64,000 bases of DNA from the human T2T-CHM13v2.0 reference genome, Homo sapiens: assembly GCF_009914755.1 (NCBI RefSeq), contig NC_060939.1, one strand, 5' to 3'. Positions 41,249 to 64,000 of this stretch are shown here, in pieces; position 1 is the first letter of the stretch; each line of letters starts with the position of its first letter. Both the position numbers and the translations under genes were made by a program. The notes under the pieces are model-generated. The model was not told the origin of the DNA. It worked only from the letters and a program-made list of their open reading frames with translations, and did not search any database.

Positions 41249-43026
41249 TTAAAAACAAAAAAAAAGTAGAATAATTATTTTCTATTTAAATCTCTCCCCA
41301 TCAGAAGCACTTACACACAGAACACTGCATTAAATTAAATCTGTGAGAGAGGGGCAAAAGTTATTTGAATGTGTTCCCAAATCTGAATAAGAATCTATGT
41401 TGAAAGACAGAGGCAGAAAACTGTGACCTGAAGGAGAATCCAGGCCTTGTCTTAGCTTACTTACACACATACAAACAAACACACATACATATACATACAT
41501 ATTCGTATACATACACATACACATACTCACACATTATAAACAAGGCCCCTCAAATAAATTAGCATGTGTTTCTAACCCAGAACACATGGCTGATGGCATC
41601 TGAATGAGCAGTGGCCATCACTGAATAGCTTTTCTTTCAAGATCTTTCTCAATTTTGTCTCTACTTGTTATTTAACAAAGAACAAAGTGAAAACTGAAAA
41701 ACACAATACTTTAAAATGTCTTTATGTGCTAAATGACAAAACAGTAATATGTATTAAAAATGACTGGTGCTGTGAAAATGCCCACAAGGTCAGATTTCCA
41801 TTTTCATCACAATAAACTGCCAAATGAAGAGAGAAAATAGCTAAAATAAGTATGAGAACTTCACCGGTGTCAACAGCATCTAATTCCGATTGCCTTAAGA
41901 AGGCTTACAATATGTGGCCTTATGTTACCACTGATTTTCAACACTACAGTATCTGTATGAAGTCCTATGATATCTATAAGAGGGTTACAAAGAAACCCCT
42001 TGCCTAAGAGATTTGATGAATTCTACAAATTTGCCAAAGAACGACTTTTTGTTAAGTGAATTCGTTTCCAACACATTCATTCCTCTTTACATTTGTAAAG
42101 CATTTTGTAATTTCCATAACTTTTCACCAAAAACAGTATCCCCTAGAATTTCAGTGCTAGAAGAAACCTTAGAGATCACGTAGGTTACCTCCACATTTTA
42201 CAAATCAGGAATCTGAGGCCCAAAGAATGCAACTGCATGCTCTTGAAAGTTGGTAGCAAGGCCAAGACTAGAGTTCCTGATACTAAATCCAAATATTTTT
42301 CTATTTCTTAATGATTTTCCACTATAGATCAGAAATATAATTTTTTAAACAAAAATGTTGACTCCTGAGAGTAATGAACTTAAACTCAGGAGCAGAGCAA
42401 GTATTAACTAAAAATCAAATCACAAGAAAAAAAAAACAATAAATTTGGGCAAACACAATAATAGTAAAATAACAGTAGGAAAAATAAAACAGTAAAAATA
42501 AAACAGCAAAATTATACTACAATATTAGAGATTCTTTACATAGCACTCTAAGGACAAATGCAAAAATTTCCCTTGAGTTTTCCTAATTTGAAAAAGTATA
42601 TAATCAATTTTAAAATCTTTTACACATTCTTAATTTGCCCATTTTTTCCCATCTGTTTCTAACTGGCATATTCTGGACAGGAAGGTTTAAGTCTCACTCA
42701 GCAATAAAGGCTTACTACACTTTCTGCTGAGACATGTAGCTGGTCTAGCAACTAGCTCTCTGACAAACAATAAGTAAAAATGAATCCATGTTTACAGACT
42801 TAGGTAACAGCTAGAATCCCCAACTAAAGAACTATTCAAACCAAACAGCGTTTGGTGCAGTAAAGTAAATAACAAAAGCCAGAATGAGAAGTCAAAAACA
42901 AGATGACAGCCGGGCGCGGTGGCTCACGCCTGTAATCCCAGCACTTTGGGAGGCCAAGGCAGGCAGATCATGAGGTCAGGAGTTCAAGACCAGCCTGGCC
43001 AATATGGTGAAACCCCGTCTCTATTA

Positions 43027-43272
<246 letters not shown>

Positions 43273-43660
43273 CTATGACATAGCATATATTTGTATTCAA
43301 TAGGTTAGAATATAGTGTTTCTGCAGCAAATATTTATATTAATCTCAACTGAATTTCTATGGGTCAATGTCATAACTTGATAAACATTATTTCTGGCAAA
43401 GAACACTCTTTTTCTTTTCTCTAAGTAACCTTAACAAAGCTAAGTATGACCAATATTTGCAGAAAATAATTAAACAGAATGACATAATGAAAATATATTT
43501 CACTTAGACCTATAATATATATAAAATTTTTAGCACTAAAGGACCTCCAAATAAGTCAAAACATTTACAAATCAGGTACTGAAAAATAAAAATGTAAAAT
43601 CTGTGCTTTTGTGAAGGTGATTTTCTAAATGCAGTATACGAATAAGGAGTAAAATGATCA

Positions 43661-43798
<138 letters not shown>

Positions 43799-44397
43799 CT
43801 ATAGAATCGAAAAAGAGTAAATTAGTTATGGAAGAACCAAAAACCTCCATAAAACATGCATTTCTGGACGAGACTCATGGTCCATCCAGCCTAGTATTTT
43901 TCATCCAGTCTAGTATTTTTTTTGTATGTGTGCACAGCACAAATAGTTACAATAGTTCCCTTTTTTGACATCAAATTCAACAATACCTGGCATATAATTG
44001 CTAAATACTGTCATCATTTTCATTATCATTATCCCCCACATAGTCATAAATAAGCACACATGCTAATCTTCAACTCTTCTTCTATTATTTGCTGCCTTCT
44101 TACCTGCGTTAGTGAGAAAGTGCCTTCAAATAGATTGCCAACAGTTATATGGTGAGAGTATCCTTCTCTAACACGCCCCTCATTTAAACTATGAAATCAG
44201 ATACTGATTTTCACTAAGTATAAAACAACTAAAAATTAGCTCTGCATTTTATATCCTATTCATGTTAGCCCTTTGCAAGTAACTTCTATTTTTTTCATTT
44301 AAAAACATTTTTTGGCCAGGTGCAGTGGCATGCGCCACTGCTCCTGGCTATCCCAGAGTTCTTTAATTCTTAAATTTGATTTAGAAATTTTATATGA

Positions 44398-46085
<1,688 letters not shown>

Positions 46086-46552
46086 AACACGTTGTTTTAT
46101 CCAACAAATCCACTTCTAAAAATGTGTCTTAACAAAATAGAGAAGTATTTAAATACTGAGCTACAAATGTTTATAAGACCAACCAACTAGAAAGACCTCT
46201 TCAGTAATAGACTTTAAAGTATAATGCATCATATAGTGCAATCCTATATAGTTATTAAAAATGATGATATAATTGTGTACTTATTTCATGACAAGAAAAA
46301 AAACTTTTCACAATATGTTGTTAAGCATAGGAAGCAGATTACAAAACAGCACATTCACAATGATACAATTTTTGTTTTAAAAACAAGCAAGACACTAAAA
46401 CGTTAAAAGTGATCATTTCTAGGAAGCAGTGTTTTTCATGTGATTTTTTTTCTTTGTTAATCTACATATTCTAATTTTTCTAGATTAAAAAGATTATATA
46501 TGTGTATATATGTGTGCCATATGTATACATCTCATTTCAGGAGGTATGGTTA

Positions 46553-47247
<695 letters not shown>

Positions 47248-47340
47248 AAAATATGGCTAAATATGACTGAAATAAAATATGACTGAAATAGTAACAATAT
47301 TTCCTTTAAAATTAATTCACATAATTTACAGGTTGTATAC

Positions 47341-47442
47341 CTGGTCTTTTGTAGATATGGTCTTGTTAAAAGCCTCGGCAAGTTCATACCTCTGAAGTAC
47401 CAGTAACAAGAACTTATTGGGATCCATTAAAGATGCACCAAT
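47341..47442 (-). CDS. UBR1: UBR1 exon 19 (102 nt): [34 protein letters not shown]
   Basis: Acceptor tcacag|ATT, donor CAG|gtatac. Confidence 0.95.
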
Positions 47443-47690
47443 CTGTGAAAGAAATCCAGCATCATATTTCTTCTGTATTATATGGAGAAACATTTTGTCT
47501 CATGTAGGACTGTCAAAAATTAAAAAGTTTGCAGAAGATAATGTAGTAGTCCCTTCTATTTCTATGAGTCATAATCAGTTTAACAGTGAGAGTATTTTAA
47601 GTTAAAAATTATTACATTATCTTCTCTTCTTAGAAAGAATTCAAGAAGGAAGATGAAGACACAAATATCAGAAACAATTTAAATAGGTAC

Positions 47691-47756
47691 CTGAAGCATG
47701 ATGATATCTTTATCATACATTTCTTCTCTGCACTTAACATCTTGGTAATAAAACAC
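47691..47756 (-). CDS. UBR1: UBR1 exon 18 (66 nt): VFYYQDVKCREEMYDKDIIMLQ
   Basis: Acceptor ttatag|GTG, donor CAG|gtacct. Confidence 0.95.
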
Positions 47757-48082
47757 CTATAAGGTAATAGGTAGAATAAATCCTAAAAGAATTATTTTAT
47801 TTCAAGCAAAATTCTCAAGAAAACCTATCCTTAAAACTTTCTCTAAGCTAGAAACCCCTCAAAATCCTTAGTGGCAAAAATAAGTTGTAAATCTATGAAT
47901 CACTTAAAGGGACTAGCGAGGATGAAGTGAAGAAATATGGCATGAAATCACTTCAGGGTTAAAAATGTTCTATATTAGTTATTACTGTCATGTATAACAA
48001 GAGAATTTATTTTCCCTAAGTTTAAAATACCTACTTCAATAAAAGTAAACCAATTTCTACACTCAATCATAATACCATTTTT

Positions 48083-48160
48083 TTCTTTTTTTTTTTTTAA
48101 TTTCATTTTAAGTTCCAGGATACATGTGCAAGACATGTAGGTTTGTTACAGAGGTAAACG
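48083..48160 (-). mobile_element. Extremely 5'-truncated L1PA 3' tip
   Basis: Poly(T) plus ttttaagttccaggatacatgtgca...ggtaaacg; 15-bp TSD cataataccattttt at 48068-48082 and 48161-48175. Confidence 0.85.
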
Positions 48161-48278
48161 CATAATACCATTTTTCTTCCAAGTGCTAACTTTACAAGAC
48201 CTATTTCTCCACCTTTTAAGAAATGCAAGGGCAGGCTCAGTGGCTCATGCCTGTAATCCCAGCACTTTGGGAGGTTCA

Positions 48279-48590
<312 letters not shown>

Positions 48591-48890
48591 TTACAAGGTG
48601 GCCTTCAATTAAGACAGATGGTGGAAAGACTAAAGGCCTCTAAGTAAGGTAATTCTCAGAAAAGAACTATGTTAATGGGGAGGACTCTGGTGGTACTACC
48701 GGCTTTCCCTTAATTTATCACACAAGCATCCTAGTTTATAATTCAGATGGAATACACAGTGAACAGGATAGGAGAAATGTCTATATAGTTCCTAGAACTT
48801 TCATTTCTAGGAGTTTATACAAGAGAATAGTAACATACACTCAGTAAAATCTAGGAACACAGGGTAAAATCATATAAGAGAAAAAAATTA

Positions 48891-49112
<222 letters not shown>

Positions 49113-49312
49113 CTACATATTCTTCAGTTTTCTCACGTGTAAAATGGAAGAGCTTGAACTAGATGACGTCTAAGTCCCTGTGACTCAGATTACAATGTAC
49201 TATATGAAGATGTAAAATTACTAAATGGGAATTCCTCAGGTGGGTTTCTAAATATTATCTCCTTCTCGTCCATCAACCAAGAGATATTCAGAAACAGAAT
49301 ATAAGCAAATCA

Positions 49313-49447
<135 letters not shown>

Positions 49448-49539
49448 CTAGTTAACTCATCAAGTTTAGAAACTTGTGCGATTTGATTTGGCTGGGCGCG
49501 GTGGCTCATGCCTGTAATCTCAGCACTTTGGGAGGCCTA

Positions 49540-49860
<321 letters not shown>

Positions 49861-50002
49861 TTACTAACGTATTTAAAATCCTACACCATGCAAGGTGTGC
49901 TCATACCTTATTTAAAAATGACAAACTGTCTCTCAAGATACCTTTATTCTGCCTTTAGCCACGTATCAAAAGAAATGAAAATTAATCTAAGTATTTTTAA
50001 GG

Positions 50003-50294
50003 AAAATTTTTATTTTCATTAAAAAGGTACTTTTAACAAAAATTTTTATTTTCATTAAAAAGGCACTTTTAACAAAAATTTTTATTTTCATTAAAAAGGT
50101 ACTTTTAACAAAAATTTTTATTTTCATTAAAAAGGTACTTTTAACAAAAATTTTTATTTTTATTAAAAAGGTACTTTTAACAAAAATTTTTATTTTTATT
50201 AAAAAGGTACGTTTTACAAAAATTTTTATTTTTATTAAAAAGGTATTTTTAACAAAAATTTTTATTTTTATTAAAAAGGCATTTTTAATAAAAA
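50003..50294. repeat. AT-rich minisatellite, 36-bp unit, 8 copies
   Basis: Unit aaaaatttttatttYattaaaaaggtacttttaac; the AGG core recurs every 36 bp. Confidence 0.95.
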
Positions 50295-50319
50295 TAGAAG
50301 CAATATAAAATCACATGAC

Positions 50320-53900
<3,581 letters not shown>

Positions 53901-54342
53901 ATAGAAATATATACACTTCAATAAAGCTATTTTTTAAAAACCCTGACAAATGAATGGCCAATTTACATGGAAATGCAAATGATTAAGGAGAATCTATGAT
54001 TTCTTCCTTTTAATGATAAAGAATGATACAGATAATACACCAGTGAAATTGGTCAGAGAGGAGGTTTAGAAACCAGCAACCAGATTTTATTATATTTAAA
54101 TTTGGGTGGGAGATGAGTTACCACGTTAGTCCTTAAGTATATACTCTAAGGATCCATAAGTTGACCCAGACAAAACAAAGCCCAGGTAAATAAGCAGCTT
54201 TAAATAGATGTTCTGGTGACAGCTCCTTGAAGGACAGTGACAGCCCTTAACTGCAGTATCTGACCTGAGCATGTCTGTACATATTGAGCACAGAACAAAA
54301 ATAGAAATGATTCTACTAAATGAATACCTAGAAAGAAAGCTA

Positions 54343-54558
<216 letters not shown>

Positions 54559-55773
54559 CTAAGAGGAAAATAAGATACAAAAAGTTGACAAGTTTTCTAC
54601 TTTAACACTTTTTTTGTTTTGTTTTGAGACAGCCTGTCCTGTGGCCTAGGCTGGAGTACAGTGGCATAATCACAGCTCACTGCAGCCTCAACCTCCTGGG
54701 CTCAGTCACCTGAGGTGATTCTCCCACCTCAGCCTCCTGAGTAGCTGGGACTACAGGTGCGTGCCACCATGCCCAGTTTTTGTATTTTTTGTAGAGGCAG
54801 GGTCTCCGCATGTTGGCCAAGCTGGTTTTGAACTCCGGGGCTCAAGTGGTTCACCCACCTTGACCTCCCAAAGTGCTAGCATTACAGGTGTGGGCCACCA
54901 TGCCCAGCATAACATGCATCATTCAATAAATATTTACTAAATATGAGTGGAAAATTGTTCTATGTATTACTAAGTCTACCTCCACAGGATCTGCAAACTT
55001 GTAGGAAACATAAGATATACCTATATATGCACTTATAATCAAAGTAAAAAATAAGTACCATGTAAATGGTACAGACTAATTGCTCTAAGAGGGGGGAAAA
55101 AAAAGAATCACAAAGAACTGGGAAGACATATTTGTGAAAGCAGCTTCTGATGGGCCCTAAAAGAATATGCATAATTTAAGTATGGGGAAAGATAAGGAGA
55201 AGATGGCATTCTAAGCAGAGATATAAAATAAATAAAGACAAAAATAAGAGAAATACAACTCCTATTCAGGCAGTGGAGAATAAAGAGTAGATAAAATGAA
55301 AGAATTTATGGATGAAATTAACAAGCATTTGAACTGGAAATGTGCCTTGGCACAGGCATGTGAATACACTGATGGAGTCCGCAGTGTAATAATGTAGCCA
55401 ACACACTGCTTCAGGAAGAATTAATGTGGGTCATTGAAGATGGTAGATTGGAGAGGATAAAGTTAGTAGACAAAGAAACCAACAGGAAGATGACTATAAA
55501 GTAAAGTGATAAGGGTCTGAACTAGGGTGGGGCCATCAGGACAAAAAAGAATGAACCCATAGAAAATAATTTAGAATTATAAAATATATTTGAGATAAGG
55601 AAGAATCAAATCTGGGTGAATACAGAAGGGAGACGTTAAAGACCATTCTTTTAAGATAATGTTTCTAATTTAATCTTGAAAAAGGAACTCCATGGTCAAA
55701 ACAGATGATTTGGAAACATCCCTCTCAGAAATCAGCATACTGACTAACTAAAGGGTTTTAGAAATTCAGTAGC

Positions 55774-56668
<895 letters not shown>

Positions 56669-58308
56669 GTGTAAGATCTAAACAGGAATGTCTGGCCCAC
56701 AAACAGAAGTGACACTGTAGCTTAGGAGAGTCATCCCTATGAACTTTTAACTAAGTGGTAGAAATACAAGAGAAGAGAAAAGAATGTAAGATATACACAC
56801 ATACACACTTACCATCAAAGTAAAAAAATTTTAAATACCATGTAAATGGGACAAGCTAATTGCCCTAAGACGGCAAAGAAAATAATCACAAACAATTAGG
56901 AAGACGTATTTGTGAAAACATATTTCTGTAAGAAAGAGAATATTGGGGAATGTCTCGTTTAGCAGGCAGAAGGCACTAGAAAAAAAGGTAATCACTGACT
57001 GAAATAGGTAATCGATAATAAATGTATTAGGATAATGCCTGTTTGTGAAAACCAGAGGGAAACAAAGTTTCAAGATGGTTAAAGTACTCAAGAAAATACA
57101 ATGCTACAGATAATTCAAGGAAGATGGAAACTAAGGAAAGACCTCTGAATTTGGTTACCAAATGGATCCTCTGTGATTTTTTTCTAAATGCAGTTCTTGT
57201 CAATTGATAAGGGCAGAAGCCAGACTGTAAAGAAGTGTTAGGAGCTATAAGTGAAGATACTAAATGTAGATGACTTCAGAAGGTTTGGAAGAAGTCAAGA
57301 TGAAACCTTTGCCTCATCACCTAACAATTGTGCATGCCCTCCATAAAAGTGAGGGAAGCCAAAAAATACATGCTGTGCTTGCTGGACAGTATTTCCTGTG
57401 GTGATTGTACTAAAAAGCTACAGTGCTAGATTAAAGTCTACTACATTTGTGAGTATGGCTGCCACTCTGAACCTATGACCAATTGCTGGTGGTGAAGCAG
57501 AAGAGATTATAGTTCACAGGGGTGCAAAGGCAAGAAAGGAGGCTTTTATTATTGTTGTTTTTAAAAATAAGCGAGTCCTGTGTGTTTATAGACAATTGAA
57601 TAAAAGAGTAGGAAACCCAAGTCCAGATAATTCAGGAAGCTAACTCCAGGAAAAAGTAATATAAGTCAGAACCAAGAGCCTAGGTAGAGTCATTAGACTT
57701 AGAAAGAGACAAAAAGGAAAAGACCAATAGTGAAGACGCAGAAAAACTTAGTCACTGAATAGGTTATGGTAACAGACACAGAGAAAGCAGAGATGATGAG
57801 GGAATTTAACTTAGATAATAGCAATTTTCTCAGAAAATAAATAAATGAGGTCATCATTCTTAAAGGGAATCTAGGGTGGGATTACATATTTAAAGACGGT
57901 TATGGTCTAAAATTGCTGCTTAAGGAAATACATTAGTTCTATAGTTTGAAACTAACACATACAACAAAGCTCTTGAATGAATAATCTACCCCTCTCCATT
58001 CCTGGAATATTTAAAAGTCTACTATGGTCCTCATTATATTATTATTAATATGCATTTTCCAGGGAATAAACGTGTGTATAAATACATACATACACATGTA
58101 TAAACCCTGCTATTCCCCAAAATAAGCAAAACTACCACAGGGCACATTTTCTACTCAAGTATATACAGTTTCCCCCTAAATTTAAAAAGAGAAATTCAAA
58201 TATGTAAAAAGCTACTATAAATAATAAAAACTTTACATCAAGGAAGCTGCAACATAAAACTATACTATTAATAATTACTAAGAACTTAAAAAGGCACTGA
58301 TCCTACTA

Positions 58309-58458
<150 letters not shown>

Positions 58459-59063
58459 TTACAAGTTGGTCAACATACACCTATCTGAGCCCTCTCTCTT
58501 TGCTCTGCTCTTGGCAAAATATAAAACTGTCAGGATTCATAACATTTTAACATGGTTGTTACACTGGGTCAGAATGCATGGGTTCAATTCCCAGCTCTCA
58601 GGTATGTGCTCAGGGTTAGAACATTAACCGCAAAGCCCAGCTCTGTCTGGTATTTCTAGCTGTGTGACCCTGGGCAAATTATTTCTAAGCTTGGTTACTA
58701 AATGGATCCTTTGAGATTTTTTCCTAAATGCAGTTCTTGTCAATTGATAAGGGCATAAAGTCAGACTCTAAAGAAGTATTAGAAGCTAACAAGTGAAGAT
58801 ACTAAATGTAGATGAATTAAGAGTATTTAGGAGATGTCAAGATGAAAACAAGCACCTTAACCTCATCACCCAACAACTGTACATGCTTTCCATAAGGGTG
58901 AGGGAGCCAAAAAAATATGTGTTGTGCTTGCTGCACACGCAAGTAACCCTTACATGTAAAAGGAGAATATTAATAGTAACTACTTAATAAGATTGCTATA
59001 AGGCTCAAAAGAGATCATGCATGAAAAGTGCTTACTACACATTTATCACATGGTAAGTATTCA

Positions 59064-59397
<334 letters not shown>

Positions 59398-59551
59398 CTA
59401 TCAAAACAGGATGAGTGAGTCAATGTTTAAATCTTGTTTCTACTTTGCTAGATAAATTCTTTCTTGTATTAAAACCAAAATCTGCTTTAAAAAGACTGCG
59501 GTTCAATTTTTAAAAATAAATTTCTTTTACTGATGTACAGAAAAATGATCA

Positions 59552-59662
<111 letters not shown>

Positions 59663-60538
59663 TCAAGAAAGAAAGAAATATTTCATTTATCTATTTTGAG
59701 ATAATTTTAAGGTTCTCAGGGTTATAGACAATGTTGATTTATAAAAATTATGGATTCTAATTTCTCACAATAATTAGAAGCTCTGAGTAGAGCTAGAATT
59801 ATTTATTCTGCCTTATTTTAAATACAACCAGTAAAACATGAATGCTCTAGAAGAGGCAGATATCAAGCTAAACCTGACTTCACACACTACATTCTCAGAG
59901 GTTAGTCTGATTAAGTGAACCTAGAACTGACCAAGCCTGTCACAGCTAACTCTGGACAACCACAGTACAGATTCCCTAGAACTGTTCACACCCATCAGCC
60001 AAAGGGCCAGCTGAAATTGTTTCAGCCTCAGGAGATTTGGAACAGATTTTCTACCTCCAGTTTTTCATAACCCAGAACTTGGAAGAAGGATGTAAGCACC
60101 TGTCATCTTGACTTGCACATCAGGATGTACTAGTTTCAAGAGATAAACAAACTCATTTTAGCCTATAATTTGTATGATTAATATTTCTTTTGGCTGTAAA
60201 GACAATGACTGGTTTCATATACAATGGGAACAATGTTTATCATGAAATGAGTTATCAGGAAGTAATTATTAACAAGTATAAAATACTATTTTGCACTTGA
60301 CCAATGAGAATAAATTCCTGTTATATTGCAGGTGTTGGGAACATAAACATGGACACACCTGTCCTGAAGTTCATAGTATAGTGGGAAAAACAGATACACA
60401 CAGTAGACAGAAATTCAATGTTAAACACTAAAATAATGTATAAAAGAGGTAATGTATGGCTCACGCCTGTAATCCCAGCACTTTAGGAGGCCGAGGCAGG
60501 TGGATCACGAGGTCAGGAGATTGAGACCATCCTGGCTA

Positions 60539-60802
<264 letters not shown>

Positions 60803-60999
60803 TTAATTTTTCTCACTCTTTAGATACCCATTAACATGCAAATGTACATTAAAAATACAATCATCAAAGAAACTTATAAAGATTTAATTCAAATATACTA
60901 ATTACCATCTAAATCTTTCTTTTAAAGTAAAAGATAAAAAAGATTAAAGTTTAAAATCTGCCACATTGAACAAACGGCATTCATGTTTTGTTGCTTTCT

Positions 61000-62815
<1,816 letters not shown>

Positions 62816-63239
62816 GAAGAGAATTTACATTTTTGGTTTCTAACAATCTCACATAGCTAATGAGCAACCTCTATAGATGACTTACCAAGTAAAGAAGATG
62901 TAAGGGATTGGAACAAACAAAAGGGTAAGGAAGGGAAGGAAAAGAAGTCTGTAGATAAAAATAGGTGGCAAAAGCAATGGGAAAAGAGGGAGAAAAGTGT
63001 GGACAGGGTGAGACAGTAAGGGAGTGATTTGGTTTGAGAGTGTGCTATACTTTCTGGAAATGGAACAAAGGAATAGGTTAGAGTAATAAAAGAATAATAT
63101 TGTTCCTCAATAGCACCAAGGTTCAACTGCATCTCTTTTCTAAGTTGCATTTCCACAATAAATTAGCAACTGAGAAACAAAGTACCCCATGAGATACCTC
63201 CCAAAAAGCAAGTGACAAAACTAAATAGACATAAATTTT

Positions 63240-63670
63240 TTAGAATAAGAGAGGTAGCAATCCCTCCCTTCTGTGTTTTCCTAGGCAGATCTCAGTTGGA
63301 GTACTGTGTTCATTTCTTGGCACATAAATGGTATACATGCACCTGGAACAGGTTCAGTAGAGAAGGACAATGATTTAGAAGGAATTTTAACCAACATGAA
63401 ATGGGACTAGTTAAAGAAATAAATGCAACTCAATGCAGAAAAGACCTGGCAGGTATGACTGCTGCCTTTAAATACTTCTTCAAGTTAAATGAGAATTGAA
63501 GTTGTTCTGAATGGACAAAGAGAGAACTAGAACCAGAAAATAAAAGCTACAAAAAAAGACAAGAGTTCAATATACAATAGGAAACTTTCTAATAGTTGGA
63601 AGAAGCTATCCAAAGTTGGAATGTGCTGCTTTGAGAGAATGAAAATTTCCTAAGGCAGGCTGAACAGAGT
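63240..63670 (+). mobile_element. L3/CR1 3' fragment
   Basis: Degenerate CR1 motifs: tggagtactgtgttcatttcttggcac, ctggaacaggttcag, aggaaactttctaa. Confidence 0.65.
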
Positions 63671-64000
63671 ACCTACTAGTACCAACAAACTTATTTCATG
63701 CTGAGGTACAGTCAGATAAACACAAAGCTAAACTATGAAGACCTACAAATTCTGACAGAATTTAGACTTTATCTGGGAAAGAAAATACATTAAGTGTGGT
63801 TATTGCTAACTAATTTAAAAACAAGGTTTCAGGGGAAATTAGTAAATAAATATGTAGGGAAAGAGTAAGATGTGACTACAGAATTTCTACAATGAGAGAC
63901 TGAGAAAGCAATTAACACGAATTATTTGCTAAATAAAGAGTTTTTGTGATTGGTGTGTTAGGCCAGGTTTCAGAGTAGATTTTGTGTTGTTGTTTATGTA

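Noticed and set aside
50003-50294. 36-bp periodic repeat next to RT-like ORFs, superficially CRISPR-like
   Set aside because: Units are head to tail with no unique spacers, in a primate intron; it is a minisatellite.

Overview
Human or great-ape genomic DNA lying entirely inside UBR1, the N-degron/N-end-rule E3 ubiquitin ligase and Johanson-Blizzard syndrome gene, on the minus strand. I reconstructed 23 consecutive coding exons by hand. All have GT-AG boundaries and consistent phases, and they splice into one open frame matching human UBR1 as I recall it (~aa 480-1312, including the E2-binding basic helix and the RING-H2). Exon numbers 13-35 are inferred from recalled human cDNA numbering; exon 35 is cut by the window edge. 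The introns are dense in repeats: two ~1.8-kb SVAs flanking exon 30, two twin-primed (5'-inverted) L1PA insertions flanking exons 16-19, a MER52 solo LTR, MER1A/MER2/MER5A, L1M/L2/L3/MIR relics, dozens of Alus and a 36-bp minisatellite. I found no new gene or novel biological system. The best leads are repeat geometries that predict exon-level CNVs or circRNA, old local duplications, and several fold-back (template-switch) scars. Repeat coordinates are approximate unless target-site duplications (TSDs) are given; subfamily calls are from memory of consensus sequences.
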